This document shows positions 48,446 to 58,050 of a DNA stretch of 64,000 nt, in pieces; position 1 is the stretch's first letter, and every line of letters begins with the position of its first letter. This stretch comes from Candidatus Shapirobacteria bacterium (lineage in GTDB: Bacteria; Patescibacteriota; Microgenomatia; UBA12405). Position numbers and translations under genes: made by a program. The stretch is taken from NCBI GenBank assembly GCA_041659325.1, contig JBAZYN010000002.1:270082-334081 (forward strand). Reading direction: 5' to 3'. The notes under the pieces were generated by a model. That model had not been told where the DNA came from. It made no database searches and saw only the letters and a program-made list of their open reading frames with translations.

Positions 48446-49096
48446 ATGGTTGGAATGTCTGTATTAACCAAAGAGGAAATCGAAGTTTTGATGAAAGAGG
48501 AAAAATTGTCATTGGTACCGGCGGCGGATAGTTTTCAGCTGCAGGGACATTCGATAGATTTACGACTGGGGTTGACTTTTATGGTACCAAAATTGTGGAG
48601 TCTGGGGTCGGAAGGACGAGTGGCATTAAATATGGATCGACTGGGGACAGAGAAGAAAAGTTCGTTTGAAGTGATTGTTTTGGAAGAGGGGCAATATTTT
48701 GAGATTTTGCCGGAAGAGTATGTAGTAGTGTCAACATTGGAGAAAATAAAAATGCCCAAGACTATTATGGGGGTGTTGTATCCGCGGTCATCGGTGAATC
48801 GGAGGGGGTTGTCTCTGGATTTGACCGGAATTGTGGATGCGGGGTATGAGGGAAATTTGGTAATTCCGGTAAGGAATAACACCAGGACCCAAGTGATTAG
48901 AGTGTATCCGGGAGAAAGGTTTTGCCAGATAGTGTTTTATTCAATTAACAATGAAGTAGAAATTGCCCAAAGCCGGTATCATGGTAAGGACGTAACGGCG
49001 GGGGTATTGCCGGAGAGAAACCAGGAGGAAACGGAATTAATAAAAGCCGGGAAAATAAGAGAGTTAAAGGAAAAATATAAAATAGATTTGAAATGA
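48446..49096 (+). CDS. dcd: dCTP deaminase
   Basis: SIDLRLG, RSSVNRRG, VDAGYEGN, GERFCQ. Confidence 0.9.
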   Translation: MVGMSVLTKEEIEVLMKEEKLSLVPAADSFQLQGHSIDLRLGLTFMVPKLWSLGSEGRVALNMDRLGTEKKSSFEVIVLEEGQYFEILPEEYVVVSTLEKIKMPKTIMGVLYPRSSVNRRGLSLDLTGIVDAGYEGNLVIPVRNNTRTQVIRVYPGERFCQIVFYSINNEVEIAQSRYHGKDVTAGVLPERNQEETELIKAGKIRELKEKYKIDLK

Positions 49097-49863
49097 GTGG
49101 TCAGAAAAAGAGGGCCAGAGGGAAGTTTATTGTAATTGAGGGGACAGACGGAAGTGGGAAGTCCGTCCAGAGTGGATTACTCAAGGATTTTTTGACAAAA
49201 AAGGGTTATAGAGTATCAGAGTTGGGTATTAAAAATATCCAAATTAGTTTATTGGAAGATTATCTTGAGAATAAGGGATATGATGTAAAAACTGATGACT
49301 ATCCGCATTATGAAACCAGTATTTGGGGTAAATTGATAGGAAGAATGTTGACTGGTGAATTTGGTAACCCACTAAACATTAGCCCTTATTTGACCGTGTT
49401 GCCATATATGATTGACGAATATTGGGGAAGTCAACAAATTAAGAAATGGGTTAATAGTGGTAGGTTGGTAATTTCAAATCGGTATTTTACTTCAAACGTT
49501 CACCAAGTGGCTAAGTTAAAGGGAGAAGCTCAAAATAAATACAGGGATTGGCTTTGGAATACCGGTTGGAAAGATATGAAAATTCTAAAACCGGATCTGG
49601 TAATAGTGTTGTTGGTTGAACCGGAGGTGAGCATTGAGTTGGTGAAAAAAAAGGCCGAGAGAAATTATGTGGGTGGTAAGGGGGCGGACTTGGTTGAAAA
49701 AAGTATTGAACACCAGAGAGGAGCGTATGACGAATATTTAAGAATGGTTGCAGCTGACAAAACCTGGGTGCAGATAAATTGTTGTAAAAATGGGAAGTTA
49801 TTAACTATTAGTAAAATAAACAAGTTGGTTTTGGAAGAAGTTAAAAAGGTGGGAATAATATAG
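49093..49863 (+). CDS. tmk: thymidylate kinase
   Basis: FIVIEGTDGSGKS, NRYFTSNVHQ, KPDLVI. Confidence 0.85.
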   Translation: MSGQKKRARGKFIVIEGTDGSGKSVQSGLLKDFLTKKGYRVSELGIKNIQISLLEDYLENKGYDVKTDDYPHYETSIWGKLIGRMLTGEFGNPLNISPYLTVLPYMIDEYWGSQQIKKWVNSGRLVISNRYFTSNVHQVAKLKGEAQNKYRDWLWNTGWKDMKILKPDLVIVLLVEPEVSIELVKKKAERNYVGGKGADLVEKSIEHQRGAYDEYLRMVAADKTWVQINCCKNGKLLTISKINKLVLEEVKKVGII

Positions 49864-49883
49864 GGAAATGTTAAAATTAAGTA

Positions 49884-51131
49884 ATGGATAACCATAGTCA
49901 AAAGTCTAAAAGTCGAAAGTATAAAGTCGAACAAGATAGTATTTTTAGTTTGATTAAGAAAGAGGAGGAAAGGCAGAGGAATACTATTGCCCTGATTCCC
50001 AGTGAGAATTTTGCCAGCGAGGGGGTGAGGGAGGCTTTGGGAAGTGTATTGACTAATAAATATGCTGAGGGGTATCCCGGCAGACGGTATTATCAGGGAA
50101 ATAGTATTGTTGATGAAATCGAGAATTTGGCGATTGAAAGAGGCAAGAAGTTATTGGGAGTGGAACATCTGAACGTCCAGCCGTATTCGGGCAGTCCGGC
50201 AAATTCGGCGGTGCAGATGGCACTACTGGAGCGAGGGGATAAAATTTGTGGCCTGAAATTATCAGCTGGAGGGCATTTAACTCACGGACATCCAAAAATT
50301 ACCTTTTCGGGTAAATTTTTTGAAAGTGTGCAATATGATGTGGAGGCGGATGGACGGATTGACTATGACAAACTATCTTTAATAGTAGATCAAACCAGGC
50401 CAAAAATGATCATGGCGGGGACAACCGCTTATCCATTTATTTTGGACTGGGAAAGATTTGGGCAAATCGCCGATAGGGTGGGGGCATGGCTGGTGGCCGA
50501 TATTTCTCATATTGTTGGGCTAGTGGTTGGCGGAGTCCACCCGAGCCCGGTGCCTTTTGTACATGTCCTGACTAGTACGACGCACAAAAGTTTGAGGGGG
50601 CCAAGAGGAGCGTTTATCGGAGTGACTAAAAAAGGGCTAGAAAAAGACGGGGAACTGGCAAAGAGAATTGACAAAGCGGTGTTTCCGGGATTGCAGGGCG
50701 GGCCGCACGAAAATCAGATTGCGGCAATGGCAGTGGCTTTCGGAGAGGCGGGCACTGTGGAATTTAGGGAATATGCTAGTCAGGTTGTAAAAAATGCAGG
50801 GGCATTGTCTCAAAGTCTAAAGTCTAAAAGTCTGAAAGTCTATGGAACAGAGAACCATTTGATGGTGGTGAAGATCGGGTTGGGGAAAGGAAAAGAGACA
50901 GCAGAAATGCTTGAAGAGGCGGGGATTATCTGCAATGCCAATACGGTGCCACATGATGAGGCCGGGCCAATGAAGCCGTCGGGAATTAGGCTGGGGACAC
51001 CGGCGATGACGACAAGAGGATTTAAAGAGACGGATTTTGAGAAAGTATCTGAGTGGATTTTTCGGGTAATAGGGGGCGAAGACAGACAGAAAATAAAAGG
51101 GGAAATAGTTGAGTATTTGAAGAGGTTTTGA
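49884..51131 (+). CDS. glyA: serine hydroxymethyltransferase
   Basis: LIPSEN, NKYAEGYPGRRYY, GGHLTHG, TTHKSLRGPRG, FPGLQGGP, GIRLGTPA; heptamer inserts at 49896-49931 and 50807-50841. Confidence 0.97.
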   Translation: MDNHSQKSKSRKYKVEQDSIFSLIKKEEERQRNTIALIPSENFASEGVREALGSVLTNKYAEGYPGRRYYQGNSIVDEIENLAIERGKKLLGVEHLNVQPYSGSPANSAVQMALLERGDKICGLKLSAGGHLTHGHPKITFSGKFFESVQYDVEADGRIDYDKLSLIVDQTRPKMIMAGTTAYPFILDWERFGQIADRVGAWLVADISHIVGLVVGGVHPSPVPFVHVLTSTTHKSLRGPRGAFIGVTKKGLEKDGELAKRIDKAVFPGLQGGPHENQIAAMAVAFGEAGTVEFREYASQVVKNAGALSQSLKSKSLKVYGTENHLMVVKIGLGKGKETAEMLEEAGIICNANTVPHDEAGPMKPSGIRLGTPAMTTRGFKETDFEKVSEWIFRVIGGEDRQKIKGEIVEYLKRF

Positions 51132-51134
51132 TAT

Positions 51135-53864
51135 TCAGAAATTTCTCTTAATTAACCTGAGGATGGGGATAAGAAATAATCCAAAACCAAGGAATTGGAG
51201 GAGTTGAGGCCAGAAGAAAACATAAATGGTAACTGGTAATCTGTAATCGGTAACCTGTAATTGCCAGCCGTTGGCCCAGTTGTTGATTAAAAGATGGGGA
51301 AGAAAAATAGGATAGGGCAAACACACCGGTTTGCCCGTACATTTAAAATAAAAGGCAAGCCAACCGGGGTGAAAGGATTGGGCAAGAAAAAGAGTGGAGT
51401 CAGAACGTGGTTTGTCCAAAGAAATTTTGTAAAAGGATTGATTCGGGTGGTGAACTTTGGGGATGGAAACAGTTGGTCGGCTGATGACGGAAGGATTGGA
51501 CGTGGGGGTAATCAAATAATTCCAGGGAACAACAGATATTTGAGCGGATTCGACTTGGTTGACACTGGCAGTATCGGAGAGGGAGAGGCTTCGAAAGTTG
51601 ATGCCGATTCCGTTATCAAACTCATAGATGGGAGGGAGGAAGAAGTAGTTGACGGATAAATTCGGATTGATTTTGCTATCGATATAGATTTTGTTGTCTT
51701 GGGATGAAAAGACGGTAATATTGAATGGCCGCCCCGAGATATTGGTGGTTTTTATTTTGAGAAGGTAAGCATTTTTGGTTTCGAGATTGCCACAGGAATA
51801 ATATTCGGACGTTTCAGTGTTTACAGCGGTAACAACCGAAGTAAAGCCGGTGCAGTCGAGCCACTGAGGGGTAAATTGGACAGAGTAAGGGGGATTGTTT
51901 AAATAGACGGTGTTTTGATCTTCGGTAAACCGGAAAGGATAATTTTCCGGTCGGCCGGTGAAGAGGGAGCCAAAGGGAAATTGGGCTTGAAAGGGTTTTG
52001 AATAATCGGTTTTATATGGTCCAAAGGATTGGAAACCCGGATCAAAATTGGAAAAACGCTCCGGGTTTTGGATATTGGACAGGTTTTTGAAGATGCCGAC
52101 ATTTTGAGGAAGGAGCTGACTTTGATTAACTTTGTAAAGGTTGATATCGCCAAAGCTTTTTTTGAGAGAAATGAGTTTTGAATTTTCGATTAGTTCTTTG
52201 TTTTCCCGGAGAACACGACCGGTGTTGGCGGCATCAGGGAAGGAAATAGTGTCGTCAAAAATAATGTAGGAAATGTTGTATTTGAGGAGAATGTTGTCAA
52301 AAAGATTTGAATCTCTGGTAATGAGAGCATGATGCAGTTGCCAGTAATAATTTTCCGATTCACTGCTCCAGACGTCAAAAGCCCGGTCAAGGATCGGCTG
52401 ATCGATACCGTACCAAAGGAAGCCAGAGCCGGTAAGGCCCCATTTGTAATTTTCCCAACCCCAATAATTGTATTGAGGGAGATTTATTATACGTTTGGAT
52501 GGTTCGATGTCTTTGAAATATTGAAACAATTCCAGATAAGAGGGTGGGATTTTGGCTCTCATCCGGGGGTGAATAAAGTTGCCTTTAAATGACGGCCAGG
52601 AGACGGCGATCAGAAGGGGGAAAATAAGTAGGGTAGTGGTATGGCCAATTTGCCTAAACCGGTGAATTAAAAAATTAATTGCCAGTCCGAAAGACACGGA
52701 AAGCGAAAGGACAGCGGGGGTGATGAGCTTGGTAAAGGAGTTTCTAAAAATCTGGTTGAGAGCCGGGATTGATCTGAAAAAAAGATTAACTTGCTTGAAA
52801 ATAGGGGTGTCAGATAAAAGCCCCACACAGGAAAAGAGGAGGATCCCTAGAAATATTTTTTTGTATTTATTTTTTGAGAAAAGACCAAGGAGTGAAGTAA
52901 AGGTAAGAATTATTGAAGCCAGTCTGATGATAAAAGAGGAAAAATGAGTATGCCAGACTTCGAGGAGAGGTTTGGGGACTCCGGAAAGGTAATCTTTTAT
53001 ATCGTAGTATTGGCCCTGGAGAAGCAAAAAGTCAGTTATATGGCCGCGGTGTTGGTTTTGTTCGATGAATTGATCAGTAACCTTTAGATTCATCATGGCA
53101 TTTTGGGTAACAGAGATATTGGTAAGGGTGAAAAAAATGTTTGGCAGCAGCCAAAAGGAGTTTAGAAAAAATATGGTCAGGGCAATAGAACTGTAGATCT
53201 TTAGAGCCTTAAAACGATGGTGAGATGGAGTGGAGAGAAAATGAAATAGAAAGACTAGAGAGAGGCTGATGAAATAGACCAGGAAGATGGTCTGAACGTA
53301 GGACATGGGAATGGATAGAATGTTGACAGCGATAAAAATGAACCAATGGCGGCGAGAGGGATGATCCAGGACTATCAAAAGGGACAACAAGAGCCAGGGA
53401 AGCATGCCCCAAAAGGTAGTGTATGGCTCAAAGGGTAAATTGAGATATTGAACCGATCCGAAGTTGAGAAGGTAGAAAAGGGAACTCAAAAGGGACGGGA
53501 GGGATGATTTTTGGGGCTTGAGAATAAAGGCTGTTAGATAAAAGGTGCCGAAAGATCCGGCGATGATCATGCTGAAGTGAAAAAGATAACGGAGAAGATG
53601 GGTGGGAATTATGGGAGAAAGGATTAAAAGGATTAGTTGCCGGGGGAGATCAGCGGCATGAGCCATGCCGGCTAATAGTCCTAGACCCTGGTATTCCTGC
53701 CAGACGGAAAAAACGGAGCGTTTGATGTTGGCGGGGAGGTTGAGTTCGGGGTGAAGATTGTCCCAACCACTAAGCCAGGTATCGGGCGAAAAATTGGCCG
53801 CTAAAAGAGGAAACAGAATCAGGCACAAGAGGAGCTGAGCCCAATATTTTTTAACCAGGGACAT
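51135..53864 (-). CDS. large polytopic membrane protein, GT-C/YfhO-like glycosyltransferase
   Basis: GWDN motif, many TM helices, QSFHPGW...NNWANGW. Confidence 0.75.
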   Translation of the reverse strand: MSLVKKYWAQLLLCLILFPLLAANFSPDTWLSGWDNLHPELNLPANIKRSVFSVWQEYQGLGLLAGMAHAADLPRQLILLILSPIIPTHLLRYLFHFSMIIAGSFGTFYLTAFILKPQKSSLPSLLSSLFYLLNFGSVQYLNLPFEPYTTFWGMLPWLLLSLLIVLDHPSRRHWFIFIAVNILSIPMSYVQTIFLVYFISLSLVFLFHFLSTPSHHRFKALKIYSSIALTIFFLNSFWLLPNIFFTLTNISVTQNAMMNLKVTDQFIEQNQHRGHITDFLLLQGQYYDIKDYLSGVPKPLLEVWHTHFSSFIIRLASIILTFTSLLGLFSKNKYKKIFLGILLFSCVGLLSDTPIFKQVNLFFRSIPALNQIFRNSFTKLITPAVLSLSVSFGLAINFLIHRFRQIGHTTTLLIFPLLIAVSWPSFKGNFIHPRMRAKIPPSYLELFQYFKDIEPSKRIINLPQYNYWGWENYKWGLTGSGFLWYGIDQPILDRAFDVWSSESENYYWQLHHALITRDSNLFDNILLKYNISYIIFDDTISFPDAANTGRVLRENKELIENSKLISLKKSFGDINLYKVNQSQLLPQNVGIFKNLSNIQNPERFSNFDPGFQSFGPYKTDYSKPFQAQFPFGSLFTGRPENYPFRFTEDQNTVYLNNPPYSVQFTPQWLDCTGFTSVVTAVNTETSEYYSCGNLETKNAYLLKIKTTNISGRPFNITVFSSQDNKIYIDSKINPNLSVNYFFLPPIYEFDNGIGINFRSLSLSDTASVNQVESAQISVVPWNYLITPTSNPSVISRPTVSIPKVHHPNQSFYKISLDKPRSDSTLFLAQSFHPGWLAFYFKCTGKPVCLPYPIFLPHLLINNWANGWQLQVTDYRLPVTIYVFFWPQLLQFLGFGLFLIPILRLIKRNF

Positions 53865-55096
53865 TAATCAATTATAAGGGTTTTAAGATACATTTTGCCA
53901 ATTTGAGACCAGGCGCGTGACTGGGAAATTTTTTGGCTCAAGAGAGAAAGGTGGTCGAGCTTGACCGGGGAATTTTTGAGAGCTAAAAGACGGTGGAAAA
54001 AGTTTTTGGAATTTAGCGAAAAGGTAACCTGATTTGTTTTGAGATGGAACAGTTTGAAGCTATCGGCAATATCTTTGGTTTTTAAAATCGGGGCGATGGG
54101 GGCGGAAACCATGAACGGTTTGTGGTAGGTAAAGGCCAGAGAGAGGGGGCCTGAAGAGGACATACCAACCCGGTAGGGTAAAATAATAAGATCTGATTCG
54201 GAATAGTATTTAATAATATCGTTTTCGTTGACAAAGCCGGTTTGGACAATACTCGTCGGGTGTTTATCGGCAGAGACGGTGATCTTTTTTAGGTATTCCT
54301 GGTAGTATTCTTTGTCGAGGTGGTTTGGATTGGGGCCACCGGCGATGACCAGCCGGAGGCGGGATTTGGGATGTTTGTCAAGATAGTCAGAGAAGGTCTT
54401 GGCTATCCAGTCGGTGCCTTTGTACCAGGCTAAAAATCCGAAGGTGGTAATGGTAAATGAGGATGATTTTTCCGGTTTGAGATAGAGTTTTTTGGGCTCA
54501 ACCCCGTGGGGGATAATAACAATTTTGGAGTTATCAGGGTCAAGGCGGTCTTTGAGAAATTGTTCAAAAACGATAATCCGGTCCGCAATTTTTATGACCA
54601 GTTTATAGAAAACGGCGGCGAAGAAAGAAAGAATGGGGTTGAGAGGACTGTCTTTTTTTTGGCCGATATGCCCGCTTATTTCACTAAAATTGAGGACAAC
54701 CTGATGGAGAACTACGGTGGTGATTTTGCCGCTGACTTTGAGAATCAGAAGAAATAAGGGAAAAAAGACGTTTAGAAGAGGACTTCCTAACATGGCCATT
54801 TCAAACTCGATTAGGGTATTGGTGGTAGGAATTTGGGATATTTTTTTGAGGATTTGAAAAAAAGCCAGAAAAGAATTTCTTTGCCAGCAGCGGACAACAT
54901 GAATATTGTTTTCACGGTACTCGAGAGGTTGGTTGGGAAGAATTTCGGCCAGAATGGTGATTTGGATGTTTGGTTTTTGGCGCGAAATGGCCAAGAGAGT
55001 ATTTTTGGCATAGGAGGCAACCCCAACAGTTCCCTTACCGTGAACCTGTCCCTGGGGGGGATAACTAGTAACGACTACTAAATCCGGATTAGCCAT
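53864..55096 (-). CDS. glycosyltransferase family 4
   Basis: IPHG, FGFLAWYKG, DLIILPY, SSSGPL. Confidence 0.9.
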   Translation of the reverse strand: MANPDLVVVTSYPPQGQVHGKGTVGVASYAKNTLLAISRQKPNIQITILAEILPNQPLEYRENNIHVVRCWQRNSFLAFFQILKKISQIPTTNTLIEFEMAMLGSPLLNVFFPLFLLILKVSGKITTVVLHQVVLNFSEISGHIGQKKDSPLNPILSFFAAVFYKLVIKIADRIIVFEQFLKDRLDPDNSKIVIIPHGVEPKKLYLKPEKSSSFTITTFGFLAWYKGTDWIAKTFSDYLDKHPKSRLRLVIAGGPNPNHLDKEYYQEYLKKITVSADKHPTSIVQTGFVNENDIIKYYSESDLIILPYRVGMSSSGPLSLAFTYHKPFMVSAPIAPILKTKDIADSFKLFHLKTNQVTFSLNSKNFFHRLLALKNSPVKLDHLSLLSQKISQSRAWSQIGKMYLKTLIID

Positions 55097-55110
55097 ATAT
55101 AAGTATAGTA

Positions 55111-57141
55111 TTAATTAATTTTGTAAATTTGAACATCGGTATCTTCATATACAAATTCAATGGGCGCAGCCGGGGAGGGAGAGGATTTAACGCCGGTGAA
55201 GGTATACCAGACGGTCAGATAAGCGGTTTGGTTGAGCAAGGTGTCTGATCGGATATAAAAGGATTCGCCGGCGGAAAGGGATTGGTGATGGAGAAAGTCG
55301 GAAGTGGTTTTGATACCACCGGGATCATTTTCCCAGGTAGGGTAAAAAGAAGAGAGGCCGGAGTCCAAAAGATAGGTATCATTTAGGATGTTGGGGTAAA
55401 TTAACAGGCCGTGGATGGTTAGAACTCCCGGATCTTGGGCAAAAAATCTTAGGGACATTTTTGGATAAGAGTTAAACTCAAAATTCTTTACCTGAAGATT
55501 TTGATTTTGGGTGGAAATAATTTCGGTTTTGGGGTAGAGAGTGTACCACCATTGCCGGACCCCGGTGCATTCGTCGAAGAGGAATTTGCTGTTTTTGTGA
55601 AGCATTATTGTTCTGATGCCATTGCTTTTGAGTAGGTCTAGGGTGACTTGAGAGTCGGACGGGGTGATTTGGTAGTCTTCCGGAAGAGGTTTTTCGGATT
55701 GGCAGATAAAGCGCCGGAGAAAGTCTTGGCTGAGAAAGGTGTTGGCCGAGGGGTTGTCGGCCATATAGTGAAAATAACCGTCGACGATTTTTTTGTTGGT
55801 AACAGCCGGGATATGGCTGTAATAGGCGGTATATTTTGAGGTAGGAAGATTGAGAATGGCGAAGCCGGGAAGCCGGTTAATTTGTTCCCGAGCTGCCAGG
55901 GACAGGATCGGGGTGGAGATGGGCGAAAGGGTGGAGCGCTCGATGATCAAGAGAAATAAAATGAAAAGGGATAACGGTTTGGAGAAGGAGGGGGTGAGAG
56001 CAAGGAGGGTGGCGGCCAAAAACGAAAAAATAATTATTTGCCGCCCGCCTTCGGGAAAAAAGGGTAAAGCGAAAAAGCCAAGAGCGCTAAGGGCGAAATA
56101 CAAAAAATAAAAAAGGATGACTAGGCGGAAGCGAATAAAGGGTTTTTTGAGGATGGAAATCAGTAATAGTATCCAGCCGATTAATCCCAGACTGATGACT
56201 TTTTCAATAGAAGGGGGAGAGGAATTGAACTTTGACCAAATTGAATTTTGGTAGCTGTTGATGAGAATTATATCGGTGATACCGGGTTGGGCGTATTGTC
56301 GGTATTGGGTGATTTTTGCGGGGTCGTGAACTAGTTGACCGGTTAGGATGGCTCGAATATAACCCTGATAGAAAAAAGTGAAAATCAGGGAAAAGATAAG
56401 AGTAGAGAAGAAAAAACGAAGAATGTTTTTTGAGATAACAGTAATTGATTGTTTAAAAATAACAAAAGATTGTTGGGGAAAGATTAAAAAGATTAAAGGG
56501 ATGATAACAATTGAACTGTAAAGGAGAATCAGAAGGTATTGAAGGGAGCCGAAAGCAATGATTAAAACCGAAAGCATGGGGTAAAGAAAGTCGGTTAGAC
56601 GAAAAGATTTGGGGTGATTTATCTTTTTGATAAAGGAAAGTATCGATTGAGCAAGAAGGGGAAAACCGGCGACAAAGGCCAGGTTGGCGTGGGAGCCCAG
56701 GCGGGCCAGAACATACGGGGAGCCGCCAAAAATGAGAGAGGAGATGAAGGCAGATGGTAAGTTCGGAGAAAGTTTGACAAAAAATAAAAATGAACACCAG
56801 AGGTTTAAGGTGAGAATTATGATGAGAGTGAGATTGTAGGCCAGGGGTTGGGGGATAAAGAAGCTGATAAGGGCACCGGTAAAGGTAGAGAAAGCACCGT
56901 CGTAGCCGTAACTCAGGTCAAAGCCGGAAGGGTAGCGAAGGGTGTCGGTGCGGGAAAGGGGATATTTGGAGGCCAAAAGGTTTTCTTTGACCAAATTTTG
57001 GAAGGTCAGGTATTCGTAGCTGTCGTAGCCGTCGCCGATAACCCGGGTGGTGGGGGAGAGCTGGAAGAATTTAGTTAAAAGAAGCGAGACAACAACACAG
57101 ACCAGGAGACTTGTAATTTTTTGCTTTAAGTTGATAGACAC
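55111..57141 (-). CDS. polytopic membrane protein, putative GT-C glycosyltransferase
   Basis: GD motif, YPSG, multiple TM helices, KIVDGY. Confidence 0.7.
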   Translation of the reverse strand: MSINLKQKITSLLVCVVVSLLLTKFFQLSPTTRVIGDGYDSYEYLTFQNLVKENLLASKYPLSRTDTLRYPSGFDLSYGYDGAFSTFTGALISFFIPQPLAYNLTLIIILTLNLWCSFLFFVKLSPNLPSAFISSLIFGGSPYVLARLGSHANLAFVAGFPLLAQSILSFIKKINHPKSFRLTDFLYPMLSVLIIAFGSLQYLLILLYSSIVIIPLIFLIFPQQSFVIFKQSITVISKNILRFFFSTLIFSLIFTFFYQGYIRAILTGQLVHDPAKITQYRQYAQPGITDIILINSYQNSIWSKFNSSPPSIEKVISLGLIGWILLLISILKKPFIRFRLVILFYFLYFALSALGFFALPFFPEGGRQIIIFSFLAATLLALTPSFSKPLSLFILFLLIIERSTLSPISTPILSLAAREQINRLPGFAILNLPTSKYTAYYSHIPAVTNKKIVDGYFHYMADNPSANTFLSQDFLRRFICQSEKPLPEDYQITPSDSQVTLDLLKSNGIRTIMLHKNSKFLFDECTGVRQWWYTLYPKTEIISTQNQNLQVKNFEFNSYPKMSLRFFAQDPGVLTIHGLLIYPNILNDTYLLDSGLSSFYPTWENDPGGIKTTSDFLHHQSLSAGESFYIRSDTLLNQTAYLTVWYTFTGVKSSPSPAAPIEFVYEDTDVQIYKIN

Positions 57142-57853
57142 CTTTAAAATAGTTTACACGAATTTGTAACAACTCCGATAAAGAGCGGAAGATGTCTTTT
57201 AAGAGATGAACTTTGGTATTTGGTTCGTCGGCCCAGATGACAGACTTTTCAGCAATGGAAAAATTAAGACGGGAAGCCAAAAAGATAATTTCACTATCAA
57301 AGCCCCAACGGGGGATGGTCATAAGGCGGCCAATGGTTTGATAGGCCGGTTTACTAAAAGCTTTAAAACCACAGGTAAAATCAGTTACATTGGTATTTAG
57401 AATTATTCGGGATAAAAGAGTGAAACATTTACCTAAGTTTTCACGGAGCCATGGCTGATGTTTGATAACAGTGGAATGACCGTTTTTGCGGGTGCCAAGG
57501 ATAACGGAAGTGTTGGCACTGATAAAAGGAATAAATTTTTTGATTTCGGAAAGGGGGGTGGACATGTCGGCATCAAAGAAGAGGGCATAGTCGGAGGTGG
57601 CGGCCAAAAAACCCTGTTTGATGGCAAAACCTTTGCCCATGTTTTTTGGATAGGAAACAATTTTTTTGGGAAACTTGATTTTGGCGGATTTGAGTAGGGC
57701 TAAAGTCTTATCGGTGGAACCATCGTTGATAAAGATAACTTTGGTTACTTTGAGATCTTTTGGAGCGGCGAAAGAATTTAGGGCTGAAACAGTGGAACTC
57801 AGACGCATTGATTCGTTGTAGACGGGAATGATAAAGTCGATAGTTTTGGTCAT
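57071..57853 (-). CDS. GT2 polyprenyl-phosphate glycosyltransferase (Alg5/DPM1-like)
   Basis: IIPVYNE, INDGSTD, NMGKG, FDAD, DFTCGFKAF, WGFDSE. Confidence 0.92.
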   Translation of the reverse strand: MTKTIDFIIPVYNESMRLSSTVSALNSFAAPKDLKVTKVIFINDGSTDKTLALLKSAKIKFPKKIVSYPKNMGKGFAIKQGFLAATSDYALFFDADMSTPLSEIKKFIPFISANTSVILGTRKNGHSTVIKHQPWLRENLGKCFTLLSRIILNTNVTDFTCGFKAFSKPAYQTIGRLMTIPRWGFDSEIIFLASRLNFSIAEKSVIWADEPNTKVHLLKDIFRSLSELLQIRVNYFKGVYQLKAKNYKSPGLCCCLASFN

Positions 57854-57869
57854 GGGGGTAGGGTAGAGG

Positions 57870-57925
57870 AGCGTTTCGTTCCGATTTTAGTCGGAACTCA
57901 TCAGGTCCATCAATAGGACGACGCT
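57870..57925 (-). ncRNA. type III hammerhead ribozyme
   Basis: Minus strand AGCGU-C^-GUCC-UAUUGAU-GGAC-CUGAUGA-GUUCCGA-CUAAAA-UCGGAAC-GAA-ACGCU: full core, three perfect stems, GUC cleavage between 57920 and 57919. Confidence 0.93.
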
Positions 57926-57932
57926 AACCTAA

Positions 57933-57987
57933 TTTCTTCTTCTCTCTCTTTCTCTTTTTTTTCTTTCTTTTTTCTTTTTTTCTTTCC
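57933..57987 (-). other. A-rich polypurine tract between 3' hairpin and hammerhead
   Basis: Plus strand is all T/C over ~55 nt. Confidence 0.8.
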
Positions 57988-57994
57988 TGCCGGG

Positions 57995-58032
57995 CCCGGA
58001 GGAGATTGACATATGTCAGCATCTCCTCCGGG
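57995..58032. other. strong hairpin downstream of the GC-rich gene, with no U-tract on the coding strand
   Basis: cccggaggagat-tgacatatgtca-gc-atctcctccggg. Confidence 0.8.
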
Positions 58033-58050
58033 AGTGGGTGGCCTTTTAGG

